This document shows, piece by piece, positions 9,015-17,590 of a DNA stretch of 32,000 nt. Source of the stretch: Pyrobaculum aerophilum str. IM2 (lineage in GTDB: Archaea; Thermoproteota; Thermoprotei; Thermoproteales; Thermoproteaceae); the NCBI RefSeq assembly GCF_000007225.1, contig NC_003364.1:1230001-1262000 (forward strand), in the 5' to 3' direction. The translations under genes were made by a program, and so were the position numbers. The notes under the pieces were generated by a model. That model saw only the letters and a list, made by a program, of their open reading frames with translations, did no database searches and had not been told where the DNA came from. Positions within the stretch are counted from its first letter, which is position 1; each line of letters begins with the position of its first letter.

Positions 9015-9132
9015 GCCCCGGTAGCTCAGCCCGGTCGGAGCGCCCAGGGGCAAAGCCCCGTGTAGGCCTTGTAAGCGGGAGGTCCCGGGTTCGAAGGCGG
9101 CTTTGCCGCCGAAACTCCCGGCCGGGGCTCCA
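9015..9132 (+). tRNA. tRNA-Thr (anticodon UGU) with two non-canonical introns and encoded CCA
   Basis: Acceptor GCCCCGG/CCGGGGC. D-arm GCTC-AGCCCGGTCG-GAGC. Anticodon arm CCC[intron 9046-9065]GC-CTTGTAA-GCGGG. Variable loop AGGTC. T-arm CCGGG-TTCGAA[intron 9096-9115]T-CCCGG. Discriminator T, then CCA. Each intron contains its own hairpin (GGGGC-AAA-GCCCC; GGCGGC-TTT-GCCGCC). Confidence 0.85.
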
Positions 9133-9213
9133 CTCAATTATTCCTTCAATCTCTATGTTTCTGGGACTGCACAGACTTGCTTGCTCATTCTCTCGTCTTC
9201 CCGACATACCATC

Positions 9214-9573
9214 TCAAAAGCTCCCACTAATGGAGCCCGTTGTAAGCCCTATGCGCCACTCCCCACCATACTCCTTCGCCTCTACGCTGGCGCCCAGCGC
9301 GTTCAGTATTGAGGCCAGCCGCTCTGCCTTTTCTCTGACGCTGGCAGAGAAGGCGCGTAACTCATTCCGATGCCATCTAATATTTATATGGGCTACCTCA
9401 TTCCCCCTCTCGTCCTTGAACCTAACCTTTACCCGTGTGTCTACGCCGGGGAGGCTGTACAGCGTGTACTCAATCCTCAGCTTCTCCACATACTCCTCCA
9501 CGTACCTTCTAATGTGATTTAGCTTATTAAAATGTGGTCGGCGTATAGGCCATTCTCTACGCCGAAGCTCCAC
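9214..9573 (-). CDS. Truncated paralog of one module of the 991-aa protein (paREP2-like, from memory)
   Basis: VKVRFKDERGNEVAHINIRWHRNELRAFSASVREKAERLASILNALGASVEAKEYGGEWRIGLTTG aligns by eye with VIRFKLGGEEVAYITVYWTGSKLLAQFDGSREKAEQLASIITALGGKAEVKPKNAKWTVHLHTDG of ORF 22640-25615. Confidence 0.55.
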   Translation of the reverse strand: MELRRREWPIRRPHFNKLNHIRRYVEEYVEKLRIEYTLYSLPGVDTRVKVRFKDERGNEVAHINIRWHRNELRAFSASVREKAERLASILNALGASVEAKEYGGEWRIGLTTGSISGSF

Positions 9574-9625
9574 AGCCGCGAGAGCTCAGTCCACGCCGTT
9601 GTGAACATCCCCGCGGCTTGAACAA

Positions 9626-10054
9626 ATGGCCGCGCGTATTAGAACGGCGGAGGAGGAGCGGAGGAGGCTTGAGCTTAAGAGCCAAGTCATGGCCGCCCTT
9701 AAGGACTGGTATCGCAGATGTTTTAAGTGGCCAATCCTGTCGGGGGAGGAGGGCAAGGTAGTGTGAAGGCTTGAGCTTTACTACGGAATGTGCTAAATGG
9801 CGAAAATAACAATCGCTGAGTACGGGGAGAAGTACGCCGAACCGCTAATCAGCGAATACGCCCTTAGGAGGGCCTTTTGGTGGGAGGGGGAGTGGAAGGG
9901 GAAGCCCATGTCGTGTTTCGTGACGGAGAAAAAGGCGATATGCAAGATAGGCGATAAGATGGCCGCGTTTTATGTATTTGACGCGCCCGACAGCGTCTAC
10001 CTAAAGCCAGAGATCAAGCTAATAGACGACTGGATAAAGCCTGTAGAGAGCTAG
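9626..10054 (+). pseudogene. Copy of the WWEGEW family (C-domain unit) interrupted by two in-frame stops
   Basis: A single frame reads MAARIRTAEEERRRLELKSQVMAALKDWYRRCFKWPILSGEEGKVV*RLELYYGMC*MAKITIAEYGEKYAEPLISEYALRRAFWWEGEWKGKPMSCFVTEKK... It is collinear with ORF 21033-21410. TGA at 9764-9766 and TAA at 9794-9796. Confidence 0.75.
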
Positions 10055-10088
10055 ACATTTTTCACCGACTTAACGGCTGTATGTAGTA

Positions 10089-10099
10089 ATTATTTATAT
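10089..10099 (+). promoter_or_regulatory. TATA-like box for polB
   Basis: AATTATTTATA about 20 nt upstream of the ATG at 10114. Confidence 0.4.
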
Positions 10100-10113
10100 G
10101 TGTTGTAGATTTT

Positions 10114-12471
10114 ATGAAGTTTAAGTTGTGGCCTCTAGACGCCACTTATTCAGTAGTTGGAGGCGTCCCTGAGGTTAGGATTTTCGGCATTTCTGAAAGC
10201 GGCGATAGAGTCGTGGTGGTGGATAGGAGGTTTAGGCCTTATTTCTATGCTGACTGCCCCGCCTGCGATCCCGAGTCGGTAAGATCTCAGCTGGGGCGGG
10301 TGGCGCCCGTGGAGGAGGTAGTGGCCGTGGAGAGGAGGTATTTGGGGAGGCCTAGGAGTTTTTTAAAAATAGTAGCCAGAGTTCCTGAGGACGTGAGGAA
10401 GCTGAGGGAGGCGGCGGCGGCCCTGCCCGGGGTCTCGGGAGTGTATGAGGCGGATATTAGATTTTATATGAGGTATATGCTCGACATGGGCGTCGTGCCG
10501 TGTAGCTGGAATACTGTTGACGCCGAGGCGACTGGGGAGAAGTTGGGCAACCTCCCCGTCTATAAAGTGGCTGAGTGGGGCGGCGTGACTGAGGGGTTTC
10601 CCCCTCCTCTGAGGGTGTTGGCTTTTGACATTGAGGTGTATAACGAGAGGGGGACTCCGGATCCCTTGAGGGATCCGGTTATTTTACTGGCCGTCCAGGC
10701 CAGCGATGGCCGGGTTGAGGTTTTTGAGGCCTCTGGCCGCGACGATAGGTCTGTACTTCGCTCTTTTATTGACTTCGTTAGGGAGTTTGACCCAGATGTA
10801 ATTGTAGGCTATAACTCAAATCAGTTTGACTGGCCTTATCTCGCCGAGCGGGCCAGGGCCTTGGGAATTCCTTTAAAAGTTGACAGAGTGGGCGGCGCTC
10901 CTCAACAGAGCGTGTACGGCCACTGGTCTGTGACCGGCAGGGCGAATGTGGATTTGTACAACATAGTGGACGAATTCCCTGAGATTAAGTTGAAGACGCT
11001 GGATAGAGTGGCTGAGTATTTCGGCGTGATGAAGAGAGAGGAGAGGGTGTTGGTGCCTGGGCATAAGATTTACGAGTACTGGAGGGACCAGGGGAAGAGG
11101 CCGCTCCTCCGTCAGTACGTAATAGACGACGTGAAGTCCACTTACGGCTTGGCGGAAAAACTGCTCCCATTTCTCATACAACTATCCTCCGTCTCTGGCC
11201 TGCCTCTTGACCAAGTGGCCGCCGCCAGCGTGGGCAACCGCGTGGAGTGGATGCTTTTGAGATATGCGTATAGGCTCGGGGAGGTCGCGCCTAATAGAGA
11301 GGAGAGGGAGTACGAGCCTTATAAGGGAGCCATAGTGTTAGAGCCGAGGCCGGGCTTGTACAGCGACGTGTTAGCGCTGGACTTCTCGTCGATGTATCCA
11401 AATATAATGATGAAGTATAACCTTTCCCCCGACACGTATTTAGAGCGGGGAGAGCCCGATCCGCCCGGGGGAGTATACGTCGCGCCCGAAGTGGGGCATA
11501 GGTTTAGGAGAGAGCCGCCCGGCTTTATCCCCCTAGTGCTTAGGCAGTTAATAGAGCTTAGAAAAAGAGTTAGAGAGGAGTTGAAAAAATATCCCCCAGA
11601 CTCCCCCGAGTATAGAGTATTAGACGAGAGGCAGAGGGCGTTGAAAATTATGGCCAACGCCATGTACGGCTACACGGGCTGGGTGGGGGCCAGGTGGTAT
11701 AAAAAAGAGGTGGCCGAGTCTGTAACTGCGTTTGCAAGGGCTATTCTAAAAGACGTCATTGAGTACGCGAGGAAGGCGGGGATTGTTGTGATATACGGCG
11801 ATACTGACAGCCTTTTTGTTAAGAAAAGCGGCGACGTGGAAAAGCTCGTTAAATACGTAGAGGAGAAATACGGTATAGATATCAAAATTGACAAGGACTA
11901 TTCCACCGTGCTCTTCACAGAGGCGAAGAAGCGATATGCAGGCCTGTTGAGAGATGGGAGAATTGACATTGTGGGCTTTGAGGTGGTCAGAGGCGACTGG
12001 AGCGAGCTGGCCAAGGAGGTACAACTGAGAGTGATTGAGCTCATTTTGACCTCCCGCGACGTCTCAGAGGCGAGGCAGAAAGTCGTCAAGTACGTGAGAG
12101 GCGTTATTGATAAACTGAGAAATTACGAGGTTGACCTTGACGACTTAATTATATGGAAGACGCTAGACAAAGAGCTGGACGAATATAAGGCATATCCTCC
12201 ACATGTACACGCCGCAATACTCTTAAAAAAGAGGGGGTATAAAGTGGGAAAGGGCACTACCATCGGATATGTTGTTGTTAAGGGAGGCGAGAAGGTGTCG
12301 GAGCGGGCCGTTCCCTATATATTTATTGACGATATTGAGAAAATAGATCTTGACTATTATGTCGAGAGACAAGTCATCCCTGCGGCGTTGAGAATAGCAG
12401 AAGTGATTGGAATAAAGGAGGGCGATTTAAAGACTGGGAGAAGTGAAAGAACTCTCCTTGACTTTTTTTAA
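10114..12471 (+). CDS. polB: Family B DNA polymerase
   Basis: Exo I FDIEV, Exo II-like NxxxFDWPYL, Pol A DFSSMYPNIM, Pol B KIMANAMYGY, Pol C YGDTDS; 785 aa with no intein. Confidence 0.95.
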   Translation: MKFKLWPLDATYSVVGGVPEVRIFGISESGDRVVVVDRRFRPYFYADCPACDPESVRSQLGRVAPVEEVVAVERRYLGRPRSFLKIVARVPEDVRKLREAAAALPGVSGVYEADIRFYMRYMLDMGVVPCSWNTVDAEATGEKLGNLPVYKVAEWGGVTEGFPPPLRVLAFDIEVYNERGTPDPLRDPVILLAVQASDGRVEVFEASGRDDRSVLRSFIDFVREFDPDVIVGYNSNQFDWPYLAERARALGIPLKVDRVGGAPQQSVYGHWSVTGRANVDLYNIVDEFPEIKLKTLDRVAEYFGVMKREERVLVPGHKIYEYWRDQGKRPLLRQYVIDDVKSTYGLAEKLLPFLIQLSSVSGLPLDQVAAASVGNRVEWMLLRYAYRLGEVAPNREEREYEPYKGAIVLEPRPGLYSDVLALDFSSMYPNIMMKYNLSPDTYLERGEPDPPGGVYVAPEVGHRFRREPPGFIPLVLRQLIELRKRVREELKKYPPDSPEYRVLDERQRALKIMANAMYGYTGWVGARWYKKEVAESVTAFARAILKDVIEYARKAGIVVIYGDTDSLFVKKSGDVEKLVKYVEEKYGIDIKIDKDYSTVLFTEAKKRYAGLLRDGRIDIVGFEVVRGDWSELAKEVQLRVIELILTSRDVSEARQKVVKYVRGVIDKLRNYEVDLDDLIIWKTLDKELDEYKAYPPHVHAAILLKKRGYKVGKGTTIGYVVVKGGEKVSERAVPYIFIDDIEKIDLDYYVERQVIPAALRIAEVIGIKEGDLKTGRSERTLLDFF

Positions 12472-13024
12472 CCGGCTTCGGTAGGGCAAAAAGGCGTTGA
12501 CGTAGTTGTCTAACTTATCACTTCAGCACGTCGCCTCAACAACTTCCAGCCGACGCCCCTGTGCAGTGCCGGCGGCCATGACAGCAGTCTTGACCACCTT
12601 TTCCACCACAGCAATACATTTCAGAGCCTCCTCCACGTATTTATTCGCCTTTTAAAAACGACTTAAGGAGGGGCCAAGCGTAGACAGACGCCATTGCCCA
12701 AGGCCTTTGAACAGCTCCGCAGATTCGGAGTGTCGCAGGGCTGTTTGGCGCAAGGCGCCTTTTACGTCCAAGATGCAGTGATGGCCGAATGGAGGGAGAA
12801 AGGCCTATTTCCGCTATGTATTGCCTTACGATTCCCACAGAAATACAAAGGCGATTAAGTTGTCAATTTGCTGTCTGATACCGATTAGCCGATTGCTACT
12901 GGCGTAAGCCGCGGTGTTGACAGGCGGTCGTGGAAAAGGAGGTAGGATTAGATCATGAGGCCACGTTATTGATTTCGAAATGCTTAAGGAAAAAGGCAAA
13001 TAACCCTTGATCTCATCACAATCC

Positions 13025-14251
13025 TTACTCGACTTTTTTTAACTGATCAAAAGTGAGTATTTGCATATTTTCTGGTACTTTTGTCAACGGCCCGGTGCGC
13101 GCAGTGACGATAATTTTGACTCCTTTCTTCGCCGCTAGATCTACAATACGCTGTGTTGTAATGCCGTCTAGTATAATTGCGTAAATAGAGTCGCCCGAGG
13201 TGGTCAGGAAATCGGGTAGCTCTCTCACTGGCAGTCTTTTGACCAACGTCCAGTTCTCGTCGTAAATCTCTGCCTCTAACGTGCCCAGCATTTCGTCAAT
13301 TTTCTTAGTTATGTCGAAGGGGAAGGCCGGTTTCTGCGCCTCCTCGCGCACTTCTTGCTGTGGGACGGGCTGTTGGGGAGGAGGCTGTTGTGGCGTCTCG
13401 GCCTTTTCTCCGGCGGCTTTTTGCTGGGCTAGCCACTCCTCCAGCGTTATTTTATTCCTCAACGCCTTGGCTATCTCCTTGGCTGTGAGTTGCTCAACCT
13501 CTTTTCCCGGTGGCGCCCTGGCTATATAGTCCACATGTGCCACTTTTAGCAACTCTCTGAGTACTAACTCGCCGCCTTTATCTCCGTCGATAAACACAGT
13601 GACGTTCTTTTTCTTGCTGAGTTCTATTATCGTCTGGGGCACTCCTCTGCTTATGCCCTCTAGCGCTATGACGTTTCTATAGCCGTGTTTCACTAGGTTA
13701 ACCACATCCGCCCTGCCCTCGACAATTATTATAGAGTCTGACTTGTCCACGTCCGGGCCTGCAGGGAGGCGCTCGGGGCCGTATTCAATTATCTCGGCTT
13801 TTGCCACGTCTTCTTTTAACTTTTCTATTATCTCCTTGGTATCCGGCAGAATTTCCTCCTCTATCAGCTTGACTAATTCCTTTGCCTTTTCTATTATTTT
13901 TTTCCTCTTCTCCTCTCTGAGATCTCTTATTTCAACGACTTTAACGGCGGCGGGGTATGGGCCGACTCTTTCTATGCTTTCTATTAACGCCGCGACGAGG
14001 GCTGTTTCATATCTATCGAGGTTACTAGGTATGTGTATCTTCGCCTTTGTTTTGCCGTTTTTCTCAAATATGTCTACTTCTATCCTCCCTATGCGGCCCA
14101 TCATTTGTAATTCTCTTAAATCCATGTCTTTGCCCAGCAACCCCTCTGTCTGGGAGAACAATGCCCCTATTATGTCTGATTTATCCACGCTCCCGTTTAC
14201 TTCTATCTGCGCCACTATCATGTACTTAGCGACGATTGTTAAGGCGCCCAT
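13025..14251 (-). CDS. dnaG: Archaeal DnaG-like primase (Toprim; exosome-associated type)
   Basis: The conserved archaeal DnaG N-terminus (YMIVAQIEVNGSVDKSDIIGALFSQTEGLL) and the Toprim core (IIIVEGRADVVNL...VFIDGDKGGE). Confidence 0.9.
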   Translation of the reverse strand: MGALTIVAKYMIVAQIEVNGSVDKSDIIGALFSQTEGLLGKDMDLRELQMMGRIGRIEVDIFEKNGKTKAKIHIPSNLDRYETALVAALIESIERVGPYPAAVKVVEIRDLREEKRKKIIEKAKELVKLIEEEILPDTKEIIEKLKEDVAKAEIIEYGPERLPAGPDVDKSDSIIIVEGRADVVNLVKHGYRNVIALEGISRGVPQTIIELSKKKNVTVFIDGDKGGELVLRELLKVAHVDYIARAPPGKEVEQLTAKEIAKALRNKITLEEWLAQQKAAGEKAETPQQPPPQQPVPQQEVREEAQKPAFPFDITKKIDEMLGTLEAEIYDENWTLVKRLPVRELPDFLTTSGDSIYAIILDGITTQRIVDLAAKKGVKIIVTARTGPLTKVPENMQILTFDQLKKVE

Positions 14252-14270
14252 GTCCTACTTCTATTATGTG

Positions 14271-14280
14271 TCTTTATAAA
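14271..14280 (-). promoter_or_regulatory. TATA-like box for dnaG
   Basis: TTTATAAAGA on the minus strand, centred about 25 nt upstream of the ATG at 14251. Confidence 0.4.
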
Positions 14281-14413
14281 CTCTCTTCTCTCTATAGACG
14301 CGCCAAGCGCCTCTCCGGTTGCGGCCGCGCCCTCCGCCGCTGGGCCAGACGCATTAGAGCCTCCGCGCTGAGGGTGTCAAGCTAGCCGGTAGTACTCACT
14401 TGTTAACCGGCGT

Positions 14414-15352
14414 ATGGCGCTCTCGGCGGCATTTCTCTGTTTTAAGATATTTAACTTGGTCACTCCACTGGTGGCGATGTTGAGAATATTAAGACAAGTA
14501 GGCGACGTGGTCAACAAGGCGCTTAAATACGCCCTGGACTTAACACAGCCAGACATGCCTGTGTTAGAGCTTTGCGAACGCGTCGAGGCTTTTATTAGGG
14601 CTAACGACGCCAAGCCCGCCTTCCCCGTTAACGTGAGCGTAAACGAAGTGGCGGCGCATTATACTGCAAAGCGCGGCGACTCGTTGAAAATCCCGAAAAC
14701 TGGGCTTGTCAAAATAGACGTCGGAGCGCAACGAGATGGGTATATTGTAGACGCCGCCGTGACAGTGACCTTAGGCCCCGTATTTAACAACTTGCAAAAA
14801 GCCGCAAAATCAGCCCTTGAATCTGCAATTAACGCAGCAAAGCCGGGAATCAAGGCGTGGCAAATAGGCGAAGTCGTGGAGAGAGTTATTAAGAGCTTCG
14901 GGCTAAGCCCCATTTACAACCTCACTGGCCACAAAGTTGAGCGCTATTTACTACACGCTGGTCACGTCATTCCTAACTACTCCGACAAGACGGCGTCTCA
15001 AGCATTGGCGCCTGGCGATGTATACGCCATTGAGCCCTTTGCCACAAACGGCGAGGGGTATGTGGTGGACGGGGGCGAAATTACCATATACCGCCTCGCC
15101 AGGATGAGGCATAAGAATTATCAACATTTAATTGATATTATAAGCGCCGAGGCGGGGCCCTTGCCCTTCACGCCGAGGTGGTTCCCCCAGCTAACTGATG
15201 ACGCAATAAGAGAGGCCCTCAAAGCCGGCGTCCTCCAGGGCTACGAGGTGCTCGTGGAGAGATCAAAGGGCTTCGTGGCGCAGTTTGAAGACACCGTATA
15301 TGTGGGCGAGAACGAGGTTATACCGCTTGTCCGCACATTAGAGCTACTCTAA
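14414..15352 (+). CDS. map: Methionine aminopeptidase, type 2 (archaeal)
   Basis: KPAFPVNVSVNEVAAHYT, KIDVGAQRDGYIVDAAVT, GHKVERYLLHAG and AQFEDTVYV. The true start may be the internal Met at 14477, because the first ~21 aa look non-homologous. Confidence 0.88.
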   Translation: MALSAAFLCFKIFNLVTPLVAMLRILRQVGDVVNKALKYALDLTQPDMPVLELCERVEAFIRANDAKPAFPVNVSVNEVAAHYTAKRGDSLKIPKTGLVKIDVGAQRDGYIVDAAVTVTLGPVFNNLQKAAKSALESAINAAKPGIKAWQIGEVVERVIKSFGLSPIYNLTGHKVERYLLHAGHVIPNYSDKTASQALAPGDVYAIEPFATNGEGYVVDGGEITIYRLARMRHKNYQHLIDIISAEAGPLPFTPRWFPQLTDDAIREALKAGVLQGYEVLVERSKGFVAQFEDTVYVGENEVIPLVRTLELL

Positions 15353-15360
15353 GGGGAGAA

Positions 15361-15372
15361 AAGTTTTTATAG
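15361..15372 (+). promoter_or_regulatory. TATA-like box for the thermosome gene
   Basis: AAGTTTTTATAG centred about 26 nt upstream of the ATG at 15393. Confidence 0.45.
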
Positions 15373-15392
15373 ACACAATTTTTGTCAAAGAC

Positions 15393-17042
15393 ATGAGTCA
15401 GGCGGTATTGACCCAAATAGGCGGCGTGCCCGTGTTGGTGCTTAAGGAGGGCACGCAGAGGGCTTTTGGAAAAGAGGCGCTGAGGCTTAATATTATGATC
15501 GCCAGGGCAATAGCAGAGGTAATGAGGACGACGCTGGGGCCCAAGGGCATGGATAAGATGTTAATAGACTCTCTTGGCGACATAACTATTACCAACGACG
15601 GCGCAACTATTTTAGACGAAATGGACGTCCAGCACCCAATTGCGAAATTACTAGTTGAGATCTCTAAGTCTCAAGAGGAGGAGGCCGGCGATGGCACCAC
15701 TACTGCCGTCGTCCTCGCCGGCGCGTTATTAGAGGAGGCTGAGAAGCTTCTTGAGAAGAACATCCACCCCACGGTCATTGTAAGCGGGTTTAAGAAGGCT
15801 CTCGACGTGGCTGCTGAGCACTTGCGCAAAGTGGCCATACCAGTGAATCGTACTGACGTCGATACCTTGAGGAAAATAGCCATGACGTCTATGGGCGGGA
15901 AGATCTCTGAGACTGTTAAAGAGTATTTCGCGGACCTCGCTGTAAAGGCCGTGTTGCAAGTGGCTGAGGAGAGAAACGGAAAGTGGTACGTAGATTTAGA
16001 CAATATACAAATAGTGAAAAAGCACGGAGGCTCTCTGTTAGACACGCAACTGGTATACGGTATTGTCGTGGACAAGGAGGTTGTCCACGCTGCGATGCCA
16101 AAGCGCGTGGTAAACGCCAAAATCGCCTTGCTTGACGCGCCGCTGGAGGTGGAGAAGCCAGAGATAGACGCCGAGATTAGAATAAATGACCCGACTCAAA
16201 TGAGGGCGTTCCTCGAGGAGGAGGAGAGGATACTAAGGGGCTATGTAGATAAACTTAAGTCGCTGGGAGTTACTGTCCTCTTCACCACTAAGGGCATTGA
16301 CGACATTGCGCAGTACTATTTAGCTAAGGCCGGCATTCTCGCCGTGAGGAGAGTCAAGCGCAGTGATATAGAGAAATTAGTGAGGGCCACAGGAGCAAGG
16401 CTAGTGACAAGTATTGAGGACTTGACAGAGGCCGACTTGGGCTTCGCCGGCCTTGTGGAGGAGAGGCGTGTTGGCGATGAGAAAATGGTATTTGTGGAGC
16501 AGTGCAAGAACCCGAAGGCCGTGTCAATTTTAGTAAGAGGCGGCTTTGAGAGGCTCGTTGACGAGGCCGAGCGTAATTTAGACGACGCGCTATCGGTAGT
16601 CTCAGATGTTGTAGAGGATCCCTACATACTGCCCGCCGGAGGAGCCGCCGAGATAGAGGCCGCAAAGGCCGTCAGAGCCTTTGCTCCAAAAGTCGGGGGC
16701 AGGGAGCAATACGCAGTGGAGGCCTTTGCCAGGGCGTTAGAGGTTATTCCAAAGGCGCTGGCCGAGAACGCCGGGCTTGACCCAATTGACATACTCACAG
16801 AGCTGACGCACAAGCACGAGCAAACAGACGGCTGGAAGTACGGCCTCGACGTCTATCAAGGCAAAGTGGTGGACATGGTGTCGCTGGGCTTAGTAGAGCC
16901 TTTGACGGTGAAGATTAACGCCTTAAAAGTGGCCGTTGAGGCCGCGTCAATGATCCTTCGCATTGACGAAATTATAGCTGCCTCTAAGTTAGAAAAAGAG
17001 AAGGAAGAAAAGAAAGAAGAGAAGAAAGAAGAGTTTGACTAA
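15393..17042 (+). CDS. ths: Thermosome subunit (group II chaperonin)
   Basis: LGPKGMDKM, ITNDGATIL, GDGTTTAVVLAG and VLPAGGAAEIE motifs, with a K/E-rich C-terminal tail. Confidence 0.95.
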   Translation: MSQAVLTQIGGVPVLVLKEGTQRAFGKEALRLNIMIARAIAEVMRTTLGPKGMDKMLIDSLGDITITNDGATILDEMDVQHPIAKLLVEISKSQEEEAGDGTTTAVVLAGALLEEAEKLLEKNIHPTVIVSGFKKALDVAAEHLRKVAIPVNRTDVDTLRKIAMTSMGGKISETVKEYFADLAVKAVLQVAEERNGKWYVDLDNIQIVKKHGGSLLDTQLVYGIVVDKEVVHAAMPKRVVNAKIALLDAPLEVEKPEIDAEIRINDPTQMRAFLEEEERILRGYVDKLKSLGVTVLFTTKGIDDIAQYYLAKAGILAVRRVKRSDIEKLVRATGARLVTSIEDLTEADLGFAGLVEERRVGDEKMVFVEQCKNPKAVSILVRGGFERLVDEAERNLDDALSVVSDVVEDPYILPAGGAAEIEAAKAVRAFAPKVGGREQYAVEAFARALEVIPKALAENAGLDPIDILTELTHKHEQTDGWKYGLDVYQGKVVDMVSLGLVEPLTVKINALKVAVEAASMILRIDEIIAASKLEKEKEEKKEEKKEEFD

Positions 17043-17590
17043 ACCCAACTTCTTTTTCTAAAGAGTAATATTACTATTAACAGAATTACCCCAATTGCTA
17101 TAATATCTTTATTTAGAACTAAATGGGGAATTGATATTGTTAGTGCAGTTATTGTTATCACAAGCCGATTTTTGGCCCTCAGTGCTGTAATGCTCTGGCT
17201 GAACAGATACGTCGACGCCCTTATCTTCTTTTTCTCAGCGGCAATTATGGGATCTTCAATTGTGGGCTCTGCGTAGAGTTTAGTGAGGTAGTCTATTGGG
17301 TTGTAATATTCCTTAAGCGTGGCGAAGTACCTCCTGGCCATAGCCTCCCTCTCCACATTGGCCATAAACTTCCTGATTTTCTCCTCAGCGTTTCTCAAGA
17401 CTCTTCTTGAGAGGAGCACCCCTAGTGCTAACAAGGCCAGTGACAAATATTTAAACGCGGGTTCGAAGAAAAGCGCAAGGCCGCTCATCATTACACTCGA
17501 CATAGAAGTCGCCGAGAGGATTACCACTAGCCTGTGATACGCCCTCTCCTGTATTAAGGCTACTCTCTGGGCAACGTATTCAGCTAGCAT
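17039..17590 (-). CDS. Small polytopic membrane protein, last gene of the ATPase operon (possible single-domain platform-like protein)
   Basis: 183 aa with two N-terminal and two C-terminal hydrophobic helices flanking a charged helical region. Its start overlaps the ATPase stop by 11 nt. The gene is AT-rich. Confidence 0.6.
   Translation of the reverse strand: MLAEYVAQRVALIQERAYHRLVVILSATSMSSVMMSGLALFFEPAFKYLSLALLALGVLLSRRVLRNAEEKIRKFMANVEREAMARRYFATLKEYYNPIDYLTKLYAEPTIEDPIIAAEKKKIRASTYLFSQSITALRAKNRLVITITALTISIPHLVLNKDIIAIGVILLIVILLFRKRSWV

Noticed and set aside
8929-9207. 92-aa minus-strand ORF
   Set aside because: It runs straight through the tRNA-Thr gene. Only its first ~25 codons could be a relic of the neighbouring paREP2-like fragment.
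9155-9517. 120-aa plus-strand ORF (and 9103-9312)
   Set aside because: Antisense to the 119-aa ORF, which has clear paralogy to the 991-aa protein.
12641-12838. 65-aa minus-strand ORF in the polB-dnaG spacer
   Set aside because: No motif, no promoter box at the right distance, and it overlaps the short plus-strand fragment. Treated as noise.
13013-13019. Minus-strand GTGATGA (C-box-like) just after the dnaG stop, considered as a C/D box sRNA
   Set aside because: No CTGA D box or C'/D' motifs within the next ~70 nt. Other TGATGA occurrences in the window lie inside coding regions and also lack D boxes.
13743-14279. 178-aa plus-strand ORF
   Set aside because: Antisense to dnaG, with an S/I/F-rich shadow translation.
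15671-16120. 149-aa minus-strand ORF, plus other short ORFs antisense to the thermosome
   Set aside because: Antisense to a highly conserved chaperonin gene.
16985-17036. Purine-rich GAA/AAG low-complexity repeat
   Set aside because: It encodes the K/E-rich C-terminal tail of the thermosome subunit and is not a separate repeat element.
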